NCBI GenBank assembly: GCA_965178125.1
Contig: OZ237766.1
Location: forward strand, 372,001-436,000
Length of the DNA: 64,000 nucleotides
Direction of reading: 5' to 3'
From: Bilabrum cf. latius
Lineage: Eukaryota
Position numbers and translations under genes: made by a program. The notes beneath the pieces were generated by a model. It was not told where the DNA came from. It was given only the letters and a program-made list of their open reading frames with translations, and searched no databases. This document shows positions 27,890 to 41,208 of this stretch, one piece after another (positions within the stretch are counted from its first letter, which is position 1; every line of letters starts with the position of its first letter).

Positions 27890-29884
27890 ATGGATCGGGC
27901 AGGACGGAAGCGAGGCAGAGACAAGCTCGGCACCGTAGGTACCGCAGAATCAAGCACTGGCGACCATTCTTCACGTCCTAGTATGATCTCAATGCCACAA
28001 ACGGACTCTCAGTTTCAGAAACGTGCACGCATCGATGGTCCAGGCGAAGGCTCAAGTCAAGGAGCTACTGCAGCTCAAAGAGCAGCACAAGCGGCGGCGC
28101 GCGCCGCCATCGCAGCGGCAGAAGCAGTACGAAGACATGGCACATATCAGCCCGCAGTAGACGCATTTGCCAGCAGCGAGGATGAAGACAATGAGACGGA
28201 CGAAGCTATACAAGCACTACTCGGGAGCAGGCGAGCGAAACCCAAGCCAAGAACAAAACGAAATTCGTAGACCGCAGCAAAGCGTAGAGGCCCAAGTGAA
28301 AGTAGCAGAAGACGCCGGTCCTAGGTAGATATGGATGACGAAGACGACTACATGCCGGACTATGACAGTGGCAGCGACACTGGCGGCAAGAGCGGGCGCT
28401 CAAAGGGAAAAAGCAAGGCGAAATCGAGTGCCAGGGCCTCCAAGTCGTCATTGAATAGCAGCAGCGTAGCAGCACAGTCCAGAGGCCGGAGGGGCAGCAA
28501 GCGAGCGCCGGCCTCTAAATCCAGAACTGGCAAGGCGGGCCGCAGGGGGCAGACCGGCGCCGCGCCATTCCCCACTGCGGAACTTCCTATGCCGACCCCC
28601 GAGGAGACCGGCGCCGCGGCACTGGCCGAAGCCGCCAAGGCCGCCTCACAGCGCATGGTGCTCCGATCCACCCGCCCGCTTGCTGTAACGCCCAAGGGCC
28701 TCCGTCAGTTTGTCGAGCACCCCGAGACTGGAGTGAGGTTATACCTGCAGAACACGATCAGCACGTTCAGCCTAGGGTGCACCCCCGACCTGGTGCACGT
28801 GGCCTCTAGGGTTAGGAACGCGGAGTACAATCCACGAAGGTTCGCTGCGGTGATCATCCGTCTGAAGGAACCCCGTTGCTCGGGCCTCGTGTTCGCCTCA
28901 GGCAAGTGCGTCATTGCAGGGGCCAAGAACGAGGAGGAGTCGAACTACGCCGCGAGAAAAATCGCCGGCCTGCTGAAGTTGGTGGGCTGCGACGTGCATT
29001 TCCGTGGTTTCCAGGTGCAGAACATGGTGGGCAGCGGGGACTTTGGATTTCCCGTGAGACTCGAGGCAGTAGCTGATTCCAACTAGCTGCAGTGCACCTA
29101 CGAGCCGGAATTGTTCCCCGGTCTGATCTACAGGATGGCTGGGGCACCCCATGCGGTTGCAACCATTTTCGTCTCTGGAAAAGTGAACATAACTTCCATC
29201 AAGAGCCGGACGGAGCTCCTACACGCCTTTGGCGTGGTGCACGCGATCGTGTTCCCCCACCGGAAGGTCCCTCTAGGCATGGCGGAGTTACCTAGCGGGC
29301 AGCTGGTTGTGGCTGCCGCACCCGCCGCAGAACCGCCCGCACTTGCTGGCGGTGGTCGTTGGAAGAAAAGCGCTGCTTCGTCATCTTCGAAGGCTGCACG
29401 AATGCTGCCCGCTCCAGCTCAGAGAGGGAAGGGGTGGGGTCTGCCGACTGGCACCGCGGCTGGCTCGCTGCAAGCTGCATCGCATGGTGGTACAGCGGGC
29501 AGTTCTTCCTCCCGGGAGTATGTCGGCTCCGCAGGGAGCGGCGGCGCTACGATGAGCAGCTCTGCTGGTGCACTGAACGGTGGTCTCGATGAGGAGTACG
29601 ACCCATTGGCCGCTATGCTTGGATTGAACGACGACGATGATGATGATGATGATCGTGCTGGGGGTGGTAGAAATAGAGGCAGTGATGGAAGAGCCAACGC
29701 GGAGACGTATCGGGAGGAGGATGGCGGTGGCAGTACAGTGGGTGGGGCTTCGCGGGCAGCGTCGGGGGCTGGCGGCACGGGAGCAGGTGGGCTGGGAGGC
29801 AGTGTGGCGGCTGGTCTGCTAGGGATGGATGACGGCGGGGAAGATGAGGATGAGGACGATGATTTGCTGGCTGGTTTGCGGTAA
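27890..29884 (+). CDS. TBP: TATA-box-binding protein (or TBP-related factor) with long N- and C-terminal extensions
   Basis: LQNTIST, NAEYNPRRFAAVIIR, LVFASGK, VQNMVGS, YEPELFPGLIYRM, IFVSGKV. TAG 29084 lies inside the second core repeat; further TAGs at 28268 and 28322; TAA stop. Confidence 0.92.
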
Positions 29885-30010
29885 ACAAAATCTAGATGTA
29901 ATGCCAGTTACCGATTTTGGCATTGGAGACCAGCTATAGCGGAGACAACTGAATCGCCTAGCACGGAAAACACGATATATGAGGATCCAGATGTGGTTAG
30001 TACTATCTTA

Positions 30011-30534
30011 TTATGTTATATGTACCCGGACATCAGGATTGAAGCAACGGGGAGCAGAGGTGAGACGGAAGACGAGGTGGGCGCAGGAGGACAGGAGGTG
30101 GAGAAGAAGAGGGGGGCACCGGCACAGGCGACGACAGTGCGGTGTCAACAGGGAGAACACAACGGGAGGAATGGGGGCTCCAGGTGCAAGGCACGAGGGA
30201 GACGCGGGTGGCAGCGGACTGCATGGCCAGCAGCACGCAGAAGGCCAACAGGTGGGTGGACAGATGGGGCGCACAGCAGGTCGGCCAGGACCAGTGCGTG
30301 CAAGCTGAAAGGATAGAGCCAAGGTGGCAATGCAGGGAGCAAAGCACACGGTCCCTAGGGCGGGGAACAGGAACAGGAAGCCATGTGGCGACGAGGCCAG
30401 TCGGGTGCATGGGGAAAGTGGTGTGTACATTCGTGTAGTGTCAGATGAATCCCGCATTCAGGTGGACCGGTGAAGAACCAGTCGTTCGAGGTGAAGCCCA
30501 GTGGGTCCGCGGGACCGGGGGCAGGAATTTTTCT
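30011..30534 (+). repeat. Dispersed repeat of about 520 bp, copy A
   Basis: Reverse-complement match to 61166-61686, roughly 90% identical by eye. Confidence 0.92.
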
Positions 30535-30713
30535 ACAAATCTGATCTGTAGTCTAGGTTCAAGGTTATAAGTAAGGTTACGTAACACCTTAATAGCAGTA
30601 GACAAATGTAAAGTACGGGTACGGAATGGGCCAGTGAGTCGAACAGAATAAGGTTATAAATCTAAAGTTTGTAGTGTCTAAAGTGTCTAGTTTTACCCAA
30701 CGCATGGTGTTTG

Positions 30714-33700
30714 TCAACCAACATGCCGCGCTCGAACCTGCGCGCCATACACAATCGGCGGTCGTTGGATGCGCTGCTGAAGTCGACCCCACTCATCATC
30801 ATGCACCTCGTGCGAATGCGATCTGATGTCATTGGCAGCCAGCCGCACCACTGGAATGGCCATTCGCCAGTAGTCATCCCCGGACACCACTCTCACCCCG
30901 GTCCTCTCAATCGCATGCTTGTCCAAGGGTTCAGCTGGCGAGAGCCACACAGGCACATGGGTCCATGTCTTGATGTGCTGCAAGTTGCTGGCTTGCCGAA
31001 GACTCGACAGCACAGATGGACGCCCGCCAGCCGAATCATCGTTCCACGAGGCCACCATGGCCTTGGCATCCACAAGGCCGCGTGTCTGCTTCTTGCCCGT
31101 CTTGGCTCGAGCCCGAATCACCACTGCCTCATCCGAGCCATCAGCAACGCAGACTGCAATCAAGTCGGCTTTTCGGCCGATGCAGGTCTCCTTCAGCACC
31201 GTGTTGAGTGGGATCTCGTCACCCTATACAGCGTCTACGCGCAGTCTTTCCAGGCGTACTTGGTCGCGCACCTGCTAGCCGTCTGGCCCAGTGTGAAGTA
31301 CCGACCGCATCCACGCATCGCAGTCCAGTCGCCGGAGCCCCATGGTGCCTTCCAGCCCGACTCTTTCTCCAAGCAGCCTCAGCCCGTTCAGAGCAAGCCC
31401 CTCGGCCGCGAGACCAAGGAACGGTTCTGCAGAAAAAAATGTTCGAGTGCCAAACACCCCAGCGCCCTCTAGAAGAGACAGGTTCGCGTGGACATCGTTC
31501 AGTTGTGCATTGACGATCCGAAAGACCATCTTCGAGCTGAACCGCACGTATCGAGTCGGTGGATCTGTCGTGGTGTCCATCTCGGTCACGATGTGCCCTC
31601 GCCCGGTGTAGTGGTCCAAAAACGAAAACACCAAGTCCTCATCCGATGGGTCCGTATCCACGCAAGAATCGAAGCTCTTCTGATCTAGCACCGGCTGTCG
31701 TAGGCTCTCCAGCACCTTTGCATCAGTCACCACAACGTGTGCCTTCACGAAATCATTTTCTGAGAGCTCAAACAGTTCATAGCCACGGGTGGTCCGAATC
31801 AGTTCGCGCACCAACCACCTGGCAAACACGATGAACTTTGGGCGCTTAAGATCATCATACAGCCTTTCAACAGTTAGCCCGTGGTGAGCGTTCCTACGAC
31901 CCCACAACAAATAGCGCGGATTGCCTCCCGTTGCATGCCTCAACTTCTCCACACGCTCCTCTCCATCCATCGCTTGCTTGTCCCAGTCCACTTCAGCTTC
32001 TCTCCACCTTTTCGCATCGTCTAGAGTGATGAGAAAACGCCAGCGACGTCGGATAGACTCACCCGTATCTGTGAGTGGGAATGGTGACAGAAAGCCGTGC
32101 TTTCGCAACAGAACAAGCCGGTCATCTTCGAGCATCCTCTTGGCAATTGCTCGAGAAATGGCAACTGCTGGCTCCTAATCAGACCCCTCATACCCCTACA
32201 AGCACATCAGCTGCGCTTCAGCCGTGACGGTCATGCGTTGAATCTCCTGCTTAGGGATGGCCCGGTAGAGCGCAGCGCCACCCACAACTTTGCTCTGCAG
32301 TAGTTCAGAAGTAGGATTCCAGTCACCGGTGAACCGCGCAAAAGTTGATCCCTCGTGCTCCACCATCGCATGCAGATGAAGCAGGAAGCGATCATTCACC
32401 TCCTGAGGCCCGCGGTTCAAGCTGCCCATCTCATCAATCAGTAGGGCTGGGATGAGTTGCTTGCCATGTTGCAGCCTGTAGCCATCGATCCAAATCTACA
32501 GCGCTGCTTGCCTTGCCTAGGCATCCATCTGGCATTTAATGTTGCACCAAGCAGGCAGCAAGCCGTCATCTCCAGTCAGGATGCCTCTTTCCTGCATGGC
32601 ATCTGCAATGTACGCATGCGGAACCATGCCCATCGGGGACCTGATCCGGATATACGCTGTGCAGATGATAGTGTCTGGGTTGGCAAACTCGATCATTGCC
32701 ATGATCTCGCGAATTGAAAACAGCAGCGGTGACTTTCCCGTGCCTGATGTTCCCATCAACAGCATGGTACTCAAGCGCTTTGATGGTTTCCCCGCCATGA
32801 TACGAATAATACCCTCAATCCCAGACAGTAAGATCTACTCACTTTGAGATCGACGGTCGCCGCACAGGACAAAGATGTGCTGCCACCATACGCCTGGTGC
32901 CAGCGCCCTAGCCTGCATGAACACGTAGTAGGCTTCCAGAACAGTCTTTGCGGCGGCGGAGAATCCTTGATCAGACGCTATTTTGGTAGGAGAGACCCGG
33001 CACGTATCGTAGATGAACTCGGAAAGGGTCTTGTTGCACCAAGTCCTGAAATTTGCCTCATCGGCTGCAGCGCACGTTTTCGCAATCTCCCCCGGTTTCC
33101 ATGTCTATATACTTGAGTTTAGCATGCTGGATGGATACTCGGCCGGCAGACCCACTTGTCTCATGGCGTCTAGTTTAGCCTACTAGACTGCTTGAAATGA
33201 GTCCTGGGCAGCCTGGTCTTCTCCAGCTTGCCACTGTCCCGCCCGGGTCTTCACCTTTGATTTCATGCGCTCTAGCAGCGTACTCCATTCACCATCCTGC
33301 GGTTCTGTCATTATCCATGTACTTCTGCCAACAATATGGTCGTTGAGGCCCACCTGCAGTCTTTTGCAGTCATAGTACGCCTTGGCCGATTGAAAGTATT
33401 TAACCGCGGCTTCATCCTGCAGCGCATCCAGAAGGCCAGCGGCACGCAGGCGCTGCATTCTTTCCAAATTGTCACTGGATCCATCGTGAACGAATGGATA
33501 CACGCTGGACTAACTATCAATTCCTCTTCGAATCCCCAGCGATGCTTCATGAGCATAGTAGTGGTGGGTGGTGCAGATTTGAATGGCATCGAAATGCGCC
33601 TGCTCAATGGCCGCTGCAACATCTTGCAGCTCTTTCGTTGATAAAGGTTCTTGCAGCATGAAGGCCTTTTCAAACTCATACGAGAATTTGCTGACATTTC

Positions 33701-34127
33701 CTTTGCGCCAACAGTCTCCCAGTTTCTGCAGCCAAAACGATATCGATTCGCTGTGGTCCGGGCTGCAGCTAGCTGCTCGTGTGGACAGCATGTATCGCCC
33801 CCGACTGGAATCGAGGCGTGAATGTGTAATAGAATACAGAATACTGACCAATGGAACCTAGCTTAAATCCTGCTTTATCACCGCTGGCGAAGTCCCGGTG
33901 CAGATGCCAGGTCTTGCAGAGCGTCGAAAACCACTGTGCAACACGCGAGCCCCGCCTCCCTCGATTGTGCGCCGAGCAAATCGACCAATCATACGACAAC
34001 CCTGACAATTTATAGTAATTCGAAAGTCTAAACGATACTTAGACAGTAGAATGATGTCAGAGAAGAACTGAGCATTCGTACAGTTCCTTGGCGCTGTGGC
34101 GAAGGTTCGCAGTGCTGATGAGTGCAT
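30714..34127 (-). CDS. P-loop NTPase plus probable PD-(D/E)xK nuclease (Crinkler/RHS-type architecture); 5' end uncertain
   Basis: Continuous frame through 12 TAGs to TGA 30714. Walker A LMGTSGTGKS, Walker B LLIDE, TGGNPRYL, and C-terminal KADLIAV...LVDAKA. Confidence 0.7.
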
Positions 34128-34140
34128 CCAAAAACAACAA

Positions 34141-35219
34141 TCAAATTGTTGGTTTCCTTAAAGTATTGACCTCGGCGTAACCGCTGCCAAAGTAGAACGG
34201 GATGTTAGAGGTATGGAATCGAATGTTCTCCATCAACTGTTCCCGCTCCATTGCATTCTTCTTCCAGTCCGGGTCATGCTCCCTCCACCGTTCCGCGTCC
34301 TTCATGGTGATTCGTATCGGACCGGTGGACACTGATGATTTACCTTTCTGCTACACCAGTAGGTACCAACTCAAGAAGCCGTGCTTTTGCAGCAAGACAA
34401 GCCGGTCGTCTTCTAGCATCCTCTTTGCGACGGCCTGGCAGATTGGCTTTTCATCTCGTTGATGGTACAAGTACGTCAGCAATGCCTGCAGAACCCTGTG
34501 ACTCCTCCTACTTATGTATCGTTCGATAGTGTAAGTCAGTTCCGATCGAGCTGCTGGAAAATAATTTGCTCGTGCCTGCCCACCTTCCCGTGAACCGTGC
34601 GATCGTAGACCCGTCGTGCTTTGCCATCGCACGGATGTGCAGAATGAAGCGTTTCTGTTTGTCCTCAGACTAGCGACTCATGATGTCGATAGCATCGATC
34701 AGCAAGAGCGGGATGACGCGTTTGCCCTTGGATCTGTACCAATCGTCAATCCATGCCTAGAAGGCTTCTTGCCTTGCGGTGGCATCCATCAGATTGCTGG
34801 CCCGGGGGTTGCACCAAGCAGGCAGGACTCCATCCTCGCCAGTCAGGATGCCTCTGCGAAACATGGCATGCGCAATGTGTGCCAGGGGAAGTACACCTCG
34901 AGCATTGCAGACATCCGCAGCACACATTATCACGTATGGGTTCGCATATTCGATCAGTGCCGCTGCGAGTCGAAGCGCTTGGAAGACGAACGACTTGCCG
35001 GTGCCGAACGTTGCCATCAGTAAGCACCGTGACAGTGTTCGGGCACTTCGATGGCCTGCCCGCCATGACCCGCAGCACTTCCTCGATGGCAGACAGGATT
35101 AACCGCTCCCTCTTGGATCGCGGGTCACCGGTTAGGACGAGTGCTTGGGACAGCGGGGTGGCCATGATGCGGTCTTTTTCTACGCGCAGCACTGAAGCCT
35201 GTTTGAGTACGTGGTGCAC
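34141..35219 (-). pseudogene. Decayed upstream paralogous copy of the NTPase module
   Basis: Shares RGILTG(E/D)DG(V/L)LPAWCN, IP.LLID, GST.ARFTG and KRMLEDDRLVLL.KHGFLS with the neighbouring gene. It has a frameshift before ATFGTGKS, further frameshifts and TGA stops. Confidence 0.75.
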
Positions 35220-35455
35220 TGCGACCCGATTCAGTTGCTAATGCGTCGAGGCTCATGCGGCATGTTGTTTTGATGAAATCAGAGGCTAACTTTCCACACA
35301 GGGTCCGGAAACCGGCTTCGTCAAAACTTTGAGGCGAGCTAAAGGGCCATGAACGTTCGATTGGAGCAATGTTTCAAAATGTTTTTTCCATGATGGCCAC
35401 ATCTGCAGTTTTCCTAACATAGGCCTTCTGCGTATAGACTTGTTTATTTTTATCT

Positions 35456-37765
35456 ATGGAGGACGGGCGAACAAGTAAAAGTAATGCAGAAAGTCCGACG
35501 CACCCTCTAATCAAGGATCAGACGAGTACTCGCAGCGCAGCGAAGGAGTCTTGCGATGGAAGTCGTGCCGGTTTGATTGGCTTTGGGGTTATAATATTGG
35601 TGGGATGTGGCGTGATTGCTTGGGCGCTTGCAACTGCGCAGTCTAGCGCTTCCAGTAGCTCATTCACGGCAGAACAACAGGCATGCACGGTATTCTGCAG
35701 TGGCCCGCTGCTGCGGCTCGTGCAAACTTCCGGTATTTTTAATGACTCTAAGGAATTTGTAGACATGCCGATGCGATCCAACCCAGTGGCGGTTTTATCA
35801 GACTTCAAGATCGACTTCCCTGAGCTGAACTCCGCGCGCGGTGTCCCACACGTGGAAGGCAATGGCATCAGCAAGGACAGGGTACAGTCTTTTTTGGAAA
35901 AGCACTTTCTGCTACCGGGTGGCGGGCTCGTCAGTGGTGGCACGCCTCCCGACTGGCAGAGCCAACCGAGCATAGCGGCAAGGCAACCGAACGCCACCGT
36001 GCGTGCCTTCGCCCTGGGAGCCAACGACGTGTGGAAGGTGCTCTACAGGGAAGTGAACAGCACGATGTTTCCCGACGGCAAGCCCTCCGCGAAATCCTCC
36101 CTAATCCCCCCAAGATTCCCTGTGATCGTGCCCGGCGAGCGATTCAGGGAGCAATACTACTGGGACACCTTGTGGATCGTCAGAGGTCTCGTTCGGTCAG
36201 GCATGAACGGCACAGCCAAGCACATGGTAGAAAACCTCATTGAATTCGTGGAAGAGTACGGGTTCGTGCCGAACGGCGGGCGCGTGTACTACTTGCAGCG
36301 GTCCCAGCCGCCCGTGCTGGCCCTGATGGTGGAGATGGTCGCAAGGATGCTCGCCGGTCGCACGATTAAACCGGAAGTAGGCAACCAGACCGAAGGCGTA
36401 GGATCGACGAGCGAGCATTAGCCCGAAGAAACTGGTTCGTGGGTTAGAACCGCCCTGGGTGCGCTTGAAAAAGAGTACGCTACTTTCATGGGACAGTCGG
36501 TATCGATCCCGGGAGTCTCATCCCTTCAGACGGACGGGGTTCCCATACCGACCGTGGCGCATGCCACCCACGCCGTCGATGTCCACATCAGCAGCCAGGA
36601 CCAGCTCACCTGCTCCGATCTATCCGGGAGGGAAGATGCCTCACGGGAATTCCAGCCCACAGCATTCCTGTTGAACAGGTACTCATCGCCCTCCCTCCGC
36701 CCCCGTCCGGAATCATATATCGAGGACGTGCGGGCGGCTGGAGATGCAGGGCTGGAGTGGAACGGCACTGCGGCGTCGGGATTGTACCGTGCCATTTCAA
36801 CGGGGGCCGAAACCGGATGGGACTTCTCCTCCCGGTGGCTGGGCCCGGCGGGCACGATGGACGGCTGCCACGCCGACTCGATCGTGCCCGTGGATCTCAA
36901 CACCATCATGCACAAGATGGAGACGGCCATGGCTAGGATGTACGAAGGTCTCGGTGACGAGGACAGTGTGACGAGGGCGGCGGTGCTGCGGAACAATGCG
37001 CGGCGCCGGGCAACCGCCATGGACTGCCTCATGTGGGACGAGGGCGCGGGGGCCTGGAGAGACCTCCGGATCAATGTGACGAGTGAGCCCAGCGGCAGCT
37101 CTACTTCCGGTTTTGGGCCTTTTGAAGCGCCTGCCTCGGGCGTGGTGCGGGCGAACCTGACCGGGCAGGTGACTGCCGGCAGAGCCGCCTCCGATTTCTT
37201 CCCGCTGTGGGGCGTCGGTGGCGACAGCGGAACCAGCGGCGGCGCCGCGCATTCAGTTTAGCTCGAGGCCGACGGCCTCGTCACGAACCGCACCCGCGTG
37301 GCCGCCGCAGTCTCTGGCTTGTTCCGGTCTGGCCTCCTAGGCCATGGGGGCGTGCTTACGACCACGCTCAGCACCGGTCAGCAGTGGGATGCCCCGAACA
37401 GCTGGCCCCCTGTGCTGCACGTGGTCGCGGCGGGGCTGTCGAGAGCCGCGAGTGTGATGAGTGCGCAGACTGATGGGGTGCGGTTGGGAGGTGTGACGAG
37501 TGCGCAGGCCGGCGCGTGCGCTAGGGAGCTCAGCAGGCGTTACCTGTCCTCTGCTGCCTGCGCCTGGAGGGCGACGGGGTATTTGTTCGAGAAATACGAC
37601 GCGCTTGTTCCCTGCCAAGGGGGTGGCGGGGGCGAGTATGTCCCCCAGAGGGGGTTCGGGTGGACCCTGGGGGTTGCCCTTGACTTGCTGGGGTCCTACA
37701 GGTGGGACTCGCTGGAGGAACAAGGTGCCAGCAATGGAGGTGGGCCCGCTTGTGTGGGGTCATAA
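35456..37765 (+). CDS. Alpha,alpha-trehalase (GH37) with N-terminal transmembrane anchor
   Basis: DSKEFVDM, VPGERFREQYYWD, PNGGRVYYLQRSQPP, PRPESY, AETGWDFSSRW, PVDLN, QQWDAPNSWPP, EKYDA, GGGGEY..QRGFGWT. TAGs at 36419 and 37259; TAA stop. Confidence 0.95.
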
Positions 37766-37807
37766 AAAATAGGATTTTTCAGTTGGATCGATCGGATCAA
37801 AAAAGCT

Positions 37808-39903
37808 TCATCCCTGCTTGACCATCAGGCCTCCATCTTGCTGGGACAGTGCCCGAGCTTTCTCCTCCTACTCATCCTCGGCATTTCTACTGCCCTCACC
37901 ATGCGTATCGCCTTCCTACTCACCGCCACCATCCCCAGCGTCGCTTGCCCCAGAGCCTGTGCTGACGATCGCCTCCGAGGTGGACGTGGTGGTGGTGGTC
38001 ACCTCAACTCCGCCCCCATCACTCGTCACACTAATATCACCGCTTTCACCACCCGCTGCAGCGCCCTCCTGTACTGCCTCTCCCTCTCCGCCGCCCGCTT
38101 CCACACCCGCACCCTCGTCCTGTTGTCCTGAATCAGACTCCACCGGTGGAGCGAAGTTCTTCTTCCGCTCCGCTAGCCCCACCCTCACGTTTCCCCTGTC
38201 AAACACCGCGATGTATCTTCTCATGAACATGTCGCCCAGCACGTACAGCGGCCCCTTGGGAGCAGGCACGTCCAAGGCCATGAAGCCGGGCCTGCAGGAA
38301 ACGACAGAGCCGGTCGCTTCATCCCTGTCCACGATGATGTAGTCCTCGGGGGCCAAATCGAAGCTCCTGCCGCCAATCTTGTAGGACAGCGTGGGCTGTT
38401 CCCCGATGTTAGAGCAATCGTCATCCAGGTGGATCCTTCGTAGCAGGTCCCGCACCACTGCCGATGGCATGGTGTTGAAGCTCGTGCCCGTGTCCACGGC
38501 CATCCTGCACCCCGCCTCGCCGATGTCGTGCTCTGGCCCATCCCGCTCCACCCCCGCCTCCAAGTGCCTCTGGTACTCGGCCTCGCTTAGGCCCACTCCC
38601 CCCAGCGCGTCCTGCTCCTCGGTGGGGGACGGTGCCTCGCCAGTGCGACGCTCCGATCGCACTCGAGCCGACAGCTGCGCCAAAGACACGGGAGGTTCCG
38701 CATCGCGCGGCGCCAGCGCATCACCGAGACGATTGCCTCGGAGCGACATCTTGGAGCCGTGTGACGAGTGCGCTGGGCCGCCTTGGGCGCTTCTGCTCCT
38801 GGCGCCGCGCCCCTGCACCTGGGCGAACTCGGGCCAGTCCAGCGAACCTTCGCTGCCTCCGCCCACCAGGTCCTATCCAAACCCCTACCCATACTACCCA
38901 TCCTCTCCTACCCCATTCCCCTACCCCAAATCTTGTTCCTCCAGATCCAGGTCACCCACGGCGGGCATTGGCGGCAACAGGTCGCTGGGCAGGCCCCCGC
39001 CCTCACCCCCACACAGCTGCATGGGCCTCCCGTCCACCTCCAGATCCTCCAGCACGATCTCCCAGTAAAACTCGCGGCGGACGGGGGCCCACAGGAGCTC
39101 GCCGGAATATGATTCCGGGTCCGGCCTGCCGAGCACGATCTCGCTGGCCTCGCCGTTCTGCTCGTCTCCCAGCACGTAGGTGAACATCGGTTCCGGGAGC
39201 AGCTGCTGGGCCATAATGTTATCAAACACAGGGGTGAAATCGTACGCCGACAGAGCGGGGAACGCCATGCCCAGAATACCCGAGAATTCAGGCGTGTTGA
39301 AGACCTGGCCGGACTGAAGCGTCATCTCGCCAAAGCTCTGGCCTTTGATCTCCACGCTGCCCAATCGAACCACATCCTCTGCTATAAATCCCTCAATCTA
39401 GCCCGTCCCAAACTTTACCTCAATGTCGTAGCCTACCCGCTTGTACGTGCTGCTCTTTGACGAATCGAACGACTTGTGCGTGCTGCACTCGAAGCTATCG
39501 CACGAGGCAGACGTTACCCATGTATTGCTCGAGCCGGTGTCCATCGCCATGCGCAATGTTTGAGGAGGCGTGCCTACACTAATTTCCCCAATGTATTGCG
39601 TCTGCGAAACTTTACAAGCGGCATTTGTGCGCTGAATGCAGTAACTATGCTGTGCATCCGACCCAGGCTATTTAATGCCACATGTTACCTTACATTTCGT
39701 ATATTAGATAACGGCAGAAACACACGCTGGTGTCCAGCCTATACCAGTGCATGGTTTGGCGCAAGATGCCTGTGCAGTGACCGCGCGTGTGCTTCATCGG
39801 CTCTATGCTTTACCATCTCCAGCTTTGGACTACCACCCATAGCCTCATGACCTACAAATATCAACAATAAAGCTAACAAGCAAGGAAGTAGTTTAATCTG
39901 CAT
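37808..39903 (-). CDS. Secreted A1 (pepsin-family) aspartic protease, intron at 39602-39693
   Basis: Signal peptide MQIKLLPCLLALLL. Splicing gives LPLSNIRN|TQYIGEISVGTPPQ. Catalytic MDTGSS and VDTGTS; GILGMAF; LGDMFMRRY..FDR. Eight TAGs; TGA stop at 37808. Confidence 0.92.
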
Positions 39904-40014
39904 TCTAATATTGCTCGGTTCTGTCCTTTAAAGAAACCGAGAGCCAGCTCGGCATGCACTCGTCACATATTGCCCACCGCCCAAAAATTGCACGAGTACT
40001 TTTAGCGAAGTACC

Positions 40015-40788
40015 ATGACTCTTGCGATATTGTTGCTTCTTGCTGCAACTATACATGCAAGAAGCTTGCATCGCCAGCGATCTACGGTTCATGAATCGAT
40101 TAAGTCGAGTTCCTTGAGAGCCAACCGGCATCGGGATGGCCCATCCCACATCACATGGTTCAACAGCGCCTGGGGCAAGAAGTGCGGGAAGAAGGTATCT
40201 CGTGATTTTACGGTATACCACAACACGGGTGTCGGACAGTTTGGGATCGGGAAGGGTTTCAGCGTGAGGCCATTTATCCCATCTGGTACTTCTCTCGTAC
40301 GCTGAGGGTCATGACAGCCAAAACCGTGCTTACATCTATTTTGGTCGCAGGTTGCTGTATACAGAGACTCTACTAGCGGGATGCCGAATCTCTGCCGGTA
40401 TGCGTACGGCACGTTTGGCCCCATCAGCGTGGCCGGCGTCACGTCGACGTTCACGGCCGTCGACGGCCGTAAGGTGTCGGAGCGATATTTCAAGGCAGAG
40501 AGGAGATCTGACGGCGAGGACGATTATAAGATATCTATCCCGGTCCTGTTCAAGCCAAAGAACGCCGAAAAGTACCTAAAGCCGGAGCGAGACGTCCTGT
40601 CCCAGAACCTCAGACTCCGAGGCAGCCAGCAGGACATGGAGGGGCTGCTGCAGGCCGTGCTGGACGCAAAGGATAGCAACCAGCTGGAATTGTCGCAGCA
40701 GGGCAATTTTTACGTGCAGTACCTGCCCACAGCGGCAGAGTAGACTTTGTGGGCCGTGTTTCCCTTCCTCAGGAGGCACGATGCGTGA
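40015..40788 (+). CDS. Unknown secreted protein, probable intron at 40297-40350
   Basis: Signal-like MTLAILLLLAATIHA. A phase-0 GT..CAG intron removes an in-frame TGA and joins ORF 40381-40743. TAG at 40741; TGA at 40786. Confidence 0.55.
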
Positions 40789-41208
40789 GGCATAACACAC
40801 TGAGTGGATATGAATCCAGCTTCAGCGCGCGTCCCCGTGTGGAGATCACTGGGGCCACCCAGTGGTTGGGCCTGGTTGGTATGGATTCGGATGCGTGTGG
40901 AAGGGGGTCAACCGCTGGGCGTGGCGGGCTGCCAGCGGCTCCACTGCCAGTGGCGGTGGACCAAACCTTGCCTCGAGCTCGTTCGTATTCGGGATCTCCG
41001 TTTGAATTTTGGTAAGCCCAGGTCTAGAATGTACCTCATCATTCATAGTGTACCTCTTTCTAATGATGAGGCTCATGCTGAAGGGGTCCTCGTGTAGATC
41101 TTGTCCTATCTTCATCTTCGTGTGCTATATGGGCCCAATCATCATGATCATTTCTAGCCAAACGATATCTTCTTGCACCCGTTGATCTTGTACACCAAAG
41201 TTTATAGG

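Noticed and set aside
29084-29086. In-frame TAGs are 3' splice sites of tiny introns
   Set aside because: At TBP 29084, heparinase-like 48318 and protease 39398 the family pattern needs exactly one residue at the TAG with colinear flanks, leaving nothing to splice out.
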